From: Phoronis australis
Lineage: Eukaryota > Animalia > Phoronida
Reading direction: 5' to 3'
Assembly: GCA_002633005.1 (NCBI GenBank)
Contig: NMRA01000523.1
Span: 60,748 to 124,747, forward strand
DNA: 64,000 nucleotides
A program made the translations under genes and the position numbers. Below are positions 38,268 through 50,500 of this stretch, in pieces. Every line of letters starts with the position of its first letter. Positions within the stretch are counted from its first letter, which is position 1. The notes under the pieces are model-generated. The model worked only from the letters and a program-made list of their open reading frames with translations. It made no database searches and was not told where the DNA came from.

Positions 38268-38664
38268 TGACGTCATCGAACGTGAAAATAGAAAATTTAA
38301 ATGAGCATGCGCAACAATCACATGTTCAGCAAAGGGCATTGCTCCGACATTTATACGCTATGAAAAATGAGACGCATAATTTCCATTAAAACGATATTTT
38401 AAGTCAATGAAATTTTTCTCTTGTGTTCCCTAACTTGTAAATCACCGATCTCCAATTTGAATGCGGGTATCGTGTCGTCGGGATCCTTTAACTTGAGCAT
38501 TATACTCAGTTACTAGTGGTAACTTATTTTAGCAGACGATATTTTCCCGGTCGAATCTTGGCGACCTCCGATCCCGGGCCGATAGAAAGTAGTTACAAAG
38601 CCGAGGCGAGTCGAGAAAGGTAGATCGACTCATTGCAATGTTTTTCGTTCAGTATGTGGTATAA

Positions 38665-38751
38665 TTTGGTATTGAGATATGTAGTTTATGTAGCTGCAAG
38701 GATTGTCATCCGTCTTGTTTGGCCGTGAATACTCGTCAACTCAGTACTTTG
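38665..38751 (-). pseudogene. 3' end fragment of a gene-B-type Shisa-like paralog
   Basis: GGCCGTGAATACTCGTCAACTCAGTAC matches the gene B stop/3'UTR (59649-59675); it ends in ...KY* and is cut off by the microsatellite. Confidence 0.7.
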
Positions 38752-38868
<117 letters not shown>

Positions 38869-38939
38869 GTTTATATGCAGATGTGGGGTTATTATTTGAA
38901 ACCTTGAAGTGGGGTAAAATTTTGAGACCTTGTTCCGGG

Positions 38940-39155
38940 GTATATATAAAATATATAGCCCGCAACTATATATGCCCCATTGCATATATGCCCCGAAACA
39001 ATATATATCCCGCAACTATATATACCTCACTAGGTATATGCCCCAGTACAATATATAGCCCGCAAGTATATATGTCCCGTTAGGTGTAGACAATATATAG
39101 CCCGCAACTTTATATGTCTCATTAGATATATGTCCCACTACATTATATATCCCGG
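38940..39155. repeat. imperfect tandem repeats (ATATATAGCCCGCAACTATATATG)
   Basis: About 4-5 copies at 45-50 nt spacing; may be subterminal repeats of a DNA transposon. Confidence 0.75.
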
Positions 39156-42100
39156 TTTTCCACTGTTCTTACAATCCACCCAATATACATGCCCCGCATA
39201 TATATATGTGTCACATTCGGTTAAAGTGGTTTTGTGCCAAAATACACTCCTCCAAAGACCACCTTCATGTATGCGTCCACAACAGATTTTACCACTTTCA
39301 AAATTAGACATGTATGATGCTTTTATCTGTTTATTATTATGAAACGTGAGCAGATGACACTATCTGTGTCAGGTTCTACGGTATAAGTTGATACCTTTGA
39401 TAAAAATACACTTCTACAAATACATTGACACCATTGTGAATGACATTCTTGCTTAATTCGCCAACAAAAACTCTCACAGATGAACATTTAATCATTTACT
39501 GATCTTGCACATAGTGAACTGTGAATACCAAAACTATCTTTAAAATCAAGTGATGGGCACCAAAAATAGAGATACATATGCATCCATAGGAACAATGCTT
39601 GTGATATGCATGTACAAACAGTTTCATCCTGCACATCTTAGCAGACTTACAGTCACCACAATTTTAGAATTCGACCACCTTAGTAACAACTGCCACTAAA
39701 ACTGTAATTAAAGAAAATTTGACAGTTTTAGATTAAAGGGTGTTTGCTTTCTCCATACAAAATCTCTTATGCATAGTGACTACAATTCTCAATAACTGAA
39801 AGCAGTTATTTTTAAAGATGTTTAAACTGCAAAAACTGCAATGCCATTTGCCTGTATTGTCTAATTAACAAAACTCAGGTTCTGAAAGGCTGTGGTTGAA
39901 GTGATGATGGTGATGATGAAGACCCTAAGGAACGAAGGTGGCACTGTATAGCTTAAGACAAAAAAACATAATTAAAATATTCATTGTCACTTCCATTAGT
40001 AAGGGCAGATCCTGGTAACTCGCTACGCCATTATCAAATGGCCTGCTATCATCACTTTGTGCATCACAAACAGATCCCAATGACTCTTTTACCACCTCGA
40101 TGGAGACTGTCGTATTGTCATTATCACTCTCAGCATCGTGGAATAGTTTGGAAAGTTTTCCTTTGTTTTAAAAGTTCCCAGACTTCATACTCTTGTTGAC
40201 ATTAATTCAGTGTATCGCCTGAAAATACAATTGAAGTTTTAAAACATACATTTTGCTGTGATAAAAGTTTAAAGATTGGGCAGGATGTTCTTTTTCATAA
40301 TAAATGCATTGTGGAAGCTCTCATAAAACAGCTTTTGTTACAGTGTCTAAGACTTAATTTTAGGGAATTACAGGCATTTTTTGTATATTTTATTAAACTT
40401 AGGCCTGACAGGTATCTACTTAGTTTCATTTTTTTACACTTTTCATCATTTGACAGGAATCTTTGCACACATTGCACAAGCTATCATTCCTGTGAGGTAT
40501 ATATTTAGTTATGGAATCTTTAGTTGTACTTTACGCGTATATTTCTCACCAGTGGAGCATGAAATTAGCTATCAGGTTTGCACATTAGAACAACCGCTTT
40601 TTTGTTGTCGCACTAAGGATTGGAGCTAACACTTTAGCTTCAGACCATAGACATTGATCCTACATTCTTACTAAAATACACTATTTTACACAAACAATAA
40701 TATAACATTAACAATTATAATAATAACAATGCTTTTGTGATGTTTTGTAGTTCAAATCTGTTAGGTGTGTCCCCTTTAGCATCCCTGCAGGTCGATAGTA
40801 CAAAGGGGAGTTAGTCGGAAAGGCGTTTTAGGAGCAGTGGCCTTTTTATAGGTTTTTGGTCTCAAGACCAAAGTACCTTTATTCTAAAGAGTGTTAACCT
40901 GAAAAAATTGAAATTTGTTTGTGAAAATTTGACTTCACTTAAAAAGGAAACTAAACCATGTTTTAATGATTTCAACCAATCCTGCTCCTGCCATCTGCTC
41001 ATGCATCATTGGCATCAATCTTGAAAGAGCTGGAATTACTAAAAACTTGCACCCCTATCTCGCCTTTTGGTCCTTGGTGAGTGGTCTTTTCATACAGTTG
41101 CCATGAAATTCTCTAAAGCGTAGTCGCGCTTGGCCGTTCAGCTGACTTTCAAGAGTTTCAAAATTTTTCGAACTTTTCAGAGTTTTCGAGAGTTACATGT
41201 ACAGGCCGTTATTTTGTTCCTGGATAGTAAAGATGTTTTTGTATTTGGTGATAAGTCAAAACCAAGTATGCCTTCCTTTTGATTTTCTGAGGTGTCTTTG
41301 GTCAGAAGGGCCATTGGTCTGTGGTCCACTGACCATTACATCTTGCAATAAACCTGATTAGCATACATAAAAGAGTGCCAGGTAACCATATTGCCATGAC
41401 CATGATTGGTGAGTGGCAGGGCTAGGATGACAAGAGAAAAATGCCGAAAGAGGCGTTCATCTTCAAAACAAAGTCGTTATCATTTGCATTCATGATAACT
41501 CTTAATTGTGCTTAAATGTACTATTGTGTGATGAAATTTGAAAAACAAGTAAATTTGGTTACATGACATACCTTTAAGACGATCTATCAGAAAATTCTTG
41601 ATTATTTTTGCAGAACTGAACACCTTGTGACGAAAACGGCATCCCCTCACTTCTTCATCTGAAACAAATTATAAATGCAGTGATCTATGCTGCAACTTTA
41701 CATTTGCATTCACTTGTTTGGCTTACTTAAAGCTGTCTTCTAAATTTCCAATAACATGAGTTTGAAAGTTTTTAAGTTATTCTGCTACATTAAGAGGTTC
41801 ACCTAGTTAACAATAAATATGTTGGGAAGAAAACTGCTGCAAATAACGAAATGTGCAATATTTTACAATGCTAGTTGATGTATGTCTGAAAAACAGGCTC
41901 TATGCTGACGGAATAAGAATCAAAATGACTATGCAGTTACCTAATGGAAGAATTAAATCAAAGTAGCCATTAATTATGACCTCGCACACACGAGTTTAAA
42001 AAAGATAAAATTAAGGAAACCTTGCAGAAATATGTGGAATCTGCGAAAATGTATATGTATATGTATATTTCCCACAATACTTCATTGATGCGAAACTCAC

Positions 42101-43380
42101 ACCCCCTTCCTAACTCACCCATGTGAAGTTGCTTGTGTCCCTACTCTGAGAAAACAAGCACCAAATTCTACCTTCATCTGTGCCATTGTCACTTGAACTG
42201 AAAGGAGTGACAACACTCTCATCTGAAAAAAATCAAAACTGTCAATAGAAATGAAATGAGTTAAATGTCTTCAGGATTTCAATTACCTTTACATCATTTT
42301 CTCCATCTTTCAAAATTTCGTAGAGCTCTGTGAAGCAGGCAAAGCTCTCTTTCGTGAAATTGTGGTTATTCAATGAAAAACAACCTGAACAAGATACGAA
42401 CACTTATTTTGATGTTGCAAAATATTCTAGGAAACTACCGAGTTGGTAACGACAGATGAAATTCCCCTTAATTTTACAGTGCTGTAGTGATAAAATAAGA
42501 GGTAAGTAGGCACCCAAAGTCCTTCGTGTCGCTTTGAGCACTGAATTTTAAAAGTGCATTGAACTCGCGAAACCTGACTCACAAACATGTAGGCAAATAT
42601 TTTGACTCATGAGTAGGTATTTGCATAGAGTCTGCAGTGCCGGGTTTGGATGTCGGAGAAAAAGGGTCAAACAGCACATTTTCGAAGACAAAGGTCCGCG
42701 TGCATTCCAAGTGGTCTCTGAAGGGGGCCCAAGCACAATTATAAAGGAAAATAGGAGGGTACCGCCCAGAAATGATAAGCTGGCAGTGACTTTCAGTCGC
42801 CCGTGGGGTGTGTCCTCAGGGCCCTTCGCCACCCCTCCCCCTTTATTCACCCATGGGCGTGGCACCATAACTGTTTCTTTATCTTGAAATATTAATAAAA
42901 ATTCCATTACTCGGCAAGCATACAATGTATGCCTGGTGGTTGCGCTCGCCAAAATGTTCATCAATGATGCTGTCATCGGCGTAGCGCATTGATGGCGTAA
43001 GTTATGGTTATGAGATTTCGCCCCAATATACCGTCACTTACGGCTCATAGACGCTACATGTACGTTAAATTAAAAAGGTGGTTGCTACGATAAATTGTAA
43101 GAAGGTGGTTGGCTGCAAGTACGTACCACGTATACCATAACTCCCGGTGGGTAGGCGCTATGTTGAACAGCAAAAAGGTAGTTGGCTGCGCCTACATGCA
43201 CCTACGCCCCACTACAGCACTGTCAGACTATTGAGCAATCGACCCACAGACCCTTTGGACCACTCCATCCCTTGTTGAGTCATTTAAGCAGACATCAAAG
43301 TTACTAAGAGAATTCAAAGATATTTTTAAGTATTTTTTCACAAGGTCTGGTCTGGTGTACGTGCCCTCTTTTTATAATGA

Positions 43381-44271
43381 NNNNNNNNNNNNNNNNNNNN
43401 NNNNNNNNNNNNNNNNNNNNNNNNNNNNNNNNNNNNNNNNNNNNNNNNNNNNNNNNNNNNNNNNNNNNNNNNNNNNNNNNNNNNNNNNNNNNNNNNNNNN
43501 NNNNNNNNNNNNNNNNNNNNNNNNNNNNNNNNNNNNNNNNNNNNNNNNNNNNNNNNNNNNNNNNNNNNNNNNNNNNNNNNNNNNNNNNNNNNNNNNNNNN
43601 NNNNNNNNNNNNNNNNNNNNNNNNNNNNNNNNNNNNNNNNNNNNNNNNNNNNNNNNNNNNNNNNNNNNNNNNNNNNNNNNNNNNNNNNNNNNNNNNNNNN
43701 NNNNNNNNNNNNNNNNNNNNNNNNNNNNNNNNNNNNNNNNNNNNNNNNNNNNNNNNNNNNNNNNNNNNNNNNNNNNNNNNNNNNNNNNNNNNNNNNNNNN
43801 NNNNNNNNNNNNNNNNNNNNNNNNNNNNNNNNNNNNNNNNNNNNNNNNNNNNNNNNNNNNNNNNNNNNNNNNNNNNNNNNNNNNNNNNNNNNNNNNNNNN
43901 NNNNNNNNNNNNNNNNNNNNNNNNNNNNNNNNNNNNNNNNNNNNNNNNNNNNNNNNNNNNNNNNNNNNNNNNNNNNNNNNNNNNNNNNNNNNNNNNNNNN
44001 NNNNNNNNNNNNNNNNNNNNNNNNNNNNNNNNNNNNNNNNNNNNNNNNNNNNNNNNNNNNNNNNNNNNNNNNNNNNNNNNNNNNNNNNNNNNNNNNNNNN
44101 NNNNNNNNNNNNNNNNNNNNNNNNNNNNNNNNNNNNNNNNNNNNNNNNNNNNNNNNNNNNNNNNNNNNNNNNNNNNNNNNNNNNNNNNNNNNNNNNNNNN
44201 NNNNNNNNNNNNNNNNNNNNNNNNNNNNNNNNNNNNNNNNNNNNNNNNNNNNNNNNNNNNNNNNNNNNNNN
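43381..44271. other. assembly gap
   Basis: Run of N, followed by (TA)n. Confidence 1.
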
Positions 44272-47200
44272 ATATATATATATATTTAAACATTCACCCA
44301 CCGGTAACTTTGCACATAAATGTAGACGTCTGCAATTTTACATGTTTCATGGGTCAAGATTAAAAACAGCGACAGCTTAAACACTGACAGTGTCCGTGTG
44401 ATTTCGCCATTTTCCGGACTGGAGCGATTTCAGTTCAATAATCTCAAAGCCAGGTGAAATAAAAGTGTTTCGCAATGCCTTTAGTTTACTTTAGTCATTG
44501 ATCGATTTGACATCTATGACGTTCACACAAAAGTGACACCAAACACCCCAGCGTTTGTTTGCGGATTGGGAAGTGGTCGGGGGGAGACTCACTTTTTGGA
44601 CAAAGGTGCCGAGTGCTGGTGATTTTTTCATGGTATTCATCGGCCTTATAATGAGGGAATGGCCAAGTCACAGTCCTGACACATTTTAAGAAACATTATG
44701 CAGCCCCATTGTCACAATTTTTAAAGCATGACAAGTTGGGACGGTGTGACACTAGGGCGTGCACAGAGCATGAAAACGTCACGTACCACTCGTAGAGTTT
44801 TCTTCCTGTAACAGCCTCCAGACTTCCAAAATAATTAGTCCGACCGAAGATACATACTTGTGGTTGGGGTTAACATTTAATTGGATAAAAAATATGCAAA
44901 AAGGGTCAGTTTATTTTTCCCTACTAGGTTTTTTCTTACCCAGCAGCGCGGGAACGTGAGCTTTTAGCCCATTGCTTTTTCCTCAGTCGACTGAGGATTA
45001 CAGCTGTACCTTTATCAAACGTTTGCGTATGCCAACGAAATGGCGCGAACAGTCGGGTTAATGCTTACGAAGTTGATGATTGACAACAGATAAAGTTTGT
45101 GTTGCTTTGGTTCACCCCCCCCCCCTCCATGGGTTTAAGGTATGTTAACCCTGTGTATTCAGTTAAATATCTGCGATTTATCTCAGTAAATGTATATAGT
45201 ATTACATTCACTTGGCACGAACAGCCAGCATAGTGATTACAGAACTGATGATTGACAACAGGTAAAATGCATGTTGGTTGCTATGCTCCAACCCCCCATA
45301 CACTTAAGGTACGGCATGTCTGTGTATACAGTAAAAATTACAAAAATATAAGATTTTACTAAGTTAAAGTATACATTGTTGACACTTAGTTAATGTAGGA
45401 TGACTAATTAGATGAAATGACTATTACCTGTCTTCATCAGACATACTGTGTCACAAAAATCTACAAACATCTGCAGTAACCAAAGGCATGCAAAAATCCA
45501 CAAATGAATATATTTTCAAAAATTGAAAATCTTGTAAATTTTAATTTTGCACTATATTCCTGTCGTAATTGGGCCACCAGGATATCCTCTTTTTTAGTAA
45601 AATTTGGCAAAAACAAAGATAAATTTATGGCACAAGGTCATCAATTGTTTGATATACATGTAGATGTTCAAGGTAAAATATCAAAAACGCTGTAAATGCT
45701 ATGCAAATATCTACAGATGAATATATTTTCAAAAAGTGAAAATCCTGTAAATTTTAAATTTGGACTTCATGTACAAGTCCGTCATAATTTTGGTCTTTAC
45801 ACAAGCCAGTCATAATTGAGTCACCAAACTACCCGTAATTACTTGAATTTTAGCAAAAAGAAGGATAAATTCATAGCAAAACAACGTCATCAAACACAAC
45901 ACCGGCCAAATTTTGTGTGATATTAATTCTCAAAAACGCTGTTACAGTTTTCTAAATTAATCCTTCTCTTTCCGTTCATGCAAATTTTATTTTTTCCACA
46001 AAAAATCTATTGTTGATAGCCCGGTTCATAAAAGCCGCCTAGAGAAGTGTACATGTACATGGTACGTACAGAAGTATCTGAAATTTCACTTCAATCTGAT
46101 CAGCCTCTGAAACATGATGGCGAAGTTAGCCAAATCTGGTCATAATCCTGAAATCTTATGTAATCGTAATTTTTGGTATCGCCAGCTTGACCAGCAGTGT
46201 TGACCGTTGTCACCAATTCATGTTTTTAATACTTTGTTCAACCCATAAACCCTTTAATACATCGTATAAAATATTTGATGATCATTGAAACGTAATATAA
46301 TCATGTAGAACGTAATGCTGGAGAATTTTAGTCATGTGAATAAAACTATTGTACTTAAAAAAGATATTTGAAGAAGTGTGACCTGGTAGAGGTGGTCAGT
46401 TATCTTAATTTTGTAATTATTACACGTGAGTATGAATCATGTCGTGTTCAGGTACGCTGTACCTATTGTTAGCCTGTGAAGCTCATGTTGATGAAAATTT
46501 AAACAACAGTGTAAGACTTGTTACTTTAGACAATGAGAAATAAATATGACTTGAAAAGCCCAAAAGTTGTTAATAATAATTTAATATCACAGCTTATCTT
46601 CTCCGAATATATCATATACAGCACTATAAATAGATGAGAATTAAAAGCGTTAGAATGTAATCACGAAGAACAGCTTAGCAGGACTTTGAAGTCGAATACG
46701 AACTATTTTTCTATAGCTACTACACGTATTCACAGTTGGCGTCCACATTAGCAAGGATTTACCAATGAGATCTCCTGAGAATATGCTCTTTGTTGACTTG
46801 GGATTGCGAAATGATTGTGGTTCTTTTTCTTTGGTATAGTTGGCGCTAATTTCTAAGTCATTTAACCCAGTTATGAGGTTGTTCAATATATTGTGGACCC
46901 ATGTCACTTAAATATCCACAGTGCTTGACACACCAACAAAAACAGACAAGGTGTGACTTTGCTGTTCTCGAGAGAAACACCAGGTCCGTCTTAAAATAGA
47001 AATTTGTGTCTTACACTCCCATTTCAAAATTACTAAATAGAGGTTTAGTCATGTTTCAGTGCGTCACTGCCTGGAAATAATTTGTACAAATTTTTGTAAG
47101 TATAGTTATGGGTATATTCTCAGAGACTTTGTTATTTTGCTTAAGTGAACGTAAATTTCTTCCCAAAATATTTATGCGGAGTGTAAAACCAAATTTTTGT

Positions 47201-47459
47201 CTTAAGTCTAAAGTCACTTTTCACGAAACAGATCCCAGATTTAGTGTCTAATTACTTGCGTCACTAAAATGTCCATAAATGGGCCCGTTAACTACAAGTT
47301 AGCGAATACCTCGATGCTCCATTTCAGTTACACCTCGGGGGGTACACTAAGAATATTTGCTGTGTGCATTTGCTTAATTTGAAACAAAGCAGTCCATTTC
47401 CTTCCGACTAGATCATTTGTACCATCGAAACATTTTGACGAATCACGTTCGGCAAGCGA

Positions 47460-47551
47460 TCAGTACTTTTTGATTTCGTCGTATGCTGGTGGTGGTGTAA
47501 CCTTCACAGTGTCGGGTGAGCTATACGTGTACTCGTTACTGTAATTGGACT
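47460..47551 (-). CDS. Shisa-like A exon 6 (PY motif, stop)
   Basis: (E)SNYSNEYTYSSPDTVKVTPPPAYDEIKKY*. Confidence 0.9.
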
Positions 47552-50500
47552 CTGAAAAAACAAAAGTTTTGTTAATACAGTAACTGTGCAACACACATTC
47601 TTTCAATTACTTTCAGTTCCTGGACGTCACGTCTACCTTCAATCCCCTACTAAAATCCGCCTGTCCGGGACCAGCACTGAGTCCCCAAAGCCGCAGTACA
47701 AATTCATACGCATGCCCCGAATCTCCACACGCCCGGCCTAAAAAATAGTTTATACTCGGTGACCAAACTTCACTGAAACCCGGAGCATGGTTCACTGAAT
47801 TGAGAAATCTGCTCCGGATGATGGAATTTGTACCACGGTTCATCGCCATGCCGCGGCAGTGATCAGAATCACCTACATTTACAATGCCATGTAATTGTCT
47901 TACACAAGCTTGCAGATAGGCCTAAATAGTGTGTGAACGAGGCTTGGTTGTATTCACATCCTTTAAACTGTACCTGAGAATCCATAGGCCGGTGGTTGAT
48001 CTCTAGCTTCTCCAGGTGTCAATTGAGACTGTTTACTTGCTGGAAGACAACGTTTACAAGAATTCATTAATATTAGAAATTGTTTATTTAAGTTACTCAC
48101 GGTTTAAAAGCGGAGACTGAGAAAGCACTATAACATCTCCATTAAGTATTCCATATTAGGTGATTTACACAAGAAAACAAATAACAAAGTTTAACGCTTT
48201 AGGAAAGGATGTCGTTGAGCCCTGACGTTTCGTTTCTTACATGTACATGTAAATCAAAACATCGTCAGTGCATGAGAAACCATGCACCTAAAGTCTGAAC
48301 GCTGCAGAATAATCAAACAGCAGAATGAAAGACACAAAACGAAAAAGGGACGTTGTTGCTAAGGCCTAACCGTTGAAGGTCCATGTACATTCCTTTACCG
48401 GAAATGCCCTTGTGACGTATTCAGCAAGCTTACCTTCAGGCTTCACTTTAAACCTACAGCCCCCTGCCCATGGCGGCCAAGTACCCCGACACCGCCTTTG
48501 TGCTGGACATGACGAGGCTGGAATGAGAGGTTATGTTCAAATGCGTATACAGCGGTTAGTGGGCTCGAGTACACGACATTTTCGTTTGTTATGGCAATTT
48601 ACATCAGAGCCTGCGCGGGACCTTACAAAACCTTGGTATTCTTGAAACTACTGTAACGTACTCGAAAAATTCTATTCTCCTACTGTTCTCAACTGATATG
48701 ATACGAGGTTTCTGAGCTTGAATAAATGACAGGTCGTTATACTGTGGCTCAGCAGGTCTCGTCTCAAGGCTTGAGACTTGCATGTTCGACTCACGTGACA
48801 ACCAATTTTGTAGATTATAGCCGCAAATCAATTTAACGAGCTGGAAGTTCTTTTCAAACCCCTAAACCACCTTTAATTTAACTAAAAATTTGAAACCAAT
48901 TTCAGTCAAAAGTAAGTGTTTCGAATATGTCAAATTTCGCTCAGGAATTAAGTGAACGCTATCTGCGCAAGTGCGAACTTCACTAGTCACGCGGCCAATC
49001 GTTCTGGAGCTGAAAGACACATGACTGGCCTGTAAAGGAAGTTACCGCAGATGCGCCGATAGCCTTCTCCTCCGAAGGCGAAATTTCATGCTAAGAAAAT
49101 TACCGGCGAGTTTTTCCGAATACTTTGAACGCGTGCGGACACCGCTCATGACTTCAAGTTTAGCTGTTTAGGTAAAATGATTACACTTTGGACCATCCGT
49201 CTCGTAAAACGGTGAGTGTCGAATGTTTTGATTTTATTTTGCTACAGATAGAAAAACCGAGTCGTGAAATAAGGCAACTTCATTCTTTCTTGTTAGCTGT
49301 GATAATTCTGTGCGGGTCGTGATTTTTTCGTAATAATCCGCTTCATTCTTATTTTAGCCAGTTTTGATTTGTATAGATGGGTTTGCATTTCATAGAGGCA
49401 AGAATCTCGGGAAACAAAAGAATAGGCAAGACTTCACGAGATATCGCCGTGCATTACAAACGAAGCGCATAATCACACTTGCTGGCTTAACAAGATTCTT
49501 TGTCTACGAAACTCTCACCCACTTTTCAGTACAATAGATGGATGTGCATTTTATCTCTCTGATAGCAATCAGGTATTTCTACTAGGTGAACAAATTCAAA
49601 TCTCACTTCGGGTCTTTTTAGGCATAACACAACATATTGCGATCAAAACCATGATCCCGATCAACACCAGTCCGGCAAGAACGAACCCAACAATGGCGCC
49701 TGCTGTTCGACCAGAGCTACAACAAGAAATAACTTTTTAAACAGAATTTTTAATTCCACAAGTAATTGTGTTGATTCTTCCTTCAGGGAGACGGGATACA
49801 ATACGATACGTTCACAGTCGAAACAAAAAAACCCTGTGCACGCTCTCTTGAAAGAAAGCCGTTCACGGATAGGCCTACAACCCAGGAAATCCGATAACAC
49901 TTATATGCATGCAATTTATCAATGAACTTGTGCATAGCTGCACGCTCTTATTTTTACGTTATGCTATTAGATCATATTCTGTGCACGATAGAACTGGTAT
50001 GAGCTCAACAAAGCAAAAAGTTTTTTATATACAGGAAGAGCTAGTCTGTTGATATAGCAACCTAAGAACTGCCATCCAAACAGTATTTAGAGAGCCGCAC
50101 GGCTTGGTGCTGCTAGCTTGGTGCCGGCTCCCATAAACAAAAGAACGTTGGTCAACGAAATAATGCTGTAAATTATTTGATTTTTGGAGAAATGGCGTAC
50201 ATCATCCGTATCATAGACGAAAGATCTATCTCAGCCAGCAGTTCCCTCACTGTTGCTCCCCGGCGCAAACGGGTGAGGTAGTATGAAAGGTCTCTTCTTG
50301 AAAACGATCAAATAAATGCCAGTTTGGACATCACTCGTTACAGTTTCACGCCTTGACGGGTGCAATGCAGATATTCTTAAGGCTGCCGGCTGAGTGCGTG
50401 TCTCTTCGTCTGCGTCATGTTTAAAACTTACTCATCCCAGAATGTACAACAGTACTGTTCTTTCGATGGTCCGCAGCACTTGTCTTGCTCGTCTGTGTTG

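Noticed and set aside
38940-39155. Repeat-spacer pattern resembling a CRISPR array
   Set aside because: Eukaryotic context, degenerate repeats, spacers related to each other, and no cas genes.
42548-42976. 142-aa minus ORF
   Set aside because: It overlaps a GC-rich MITE-like segment (GGGGGCCC...CCCCTCCCCC) and has no domain similarity I can recognise.
43304-44380. Long ORFs of 309-341 aa in the ORF track (and those at 3230-3567)
   Set aside because: They are runs of N translated as X.
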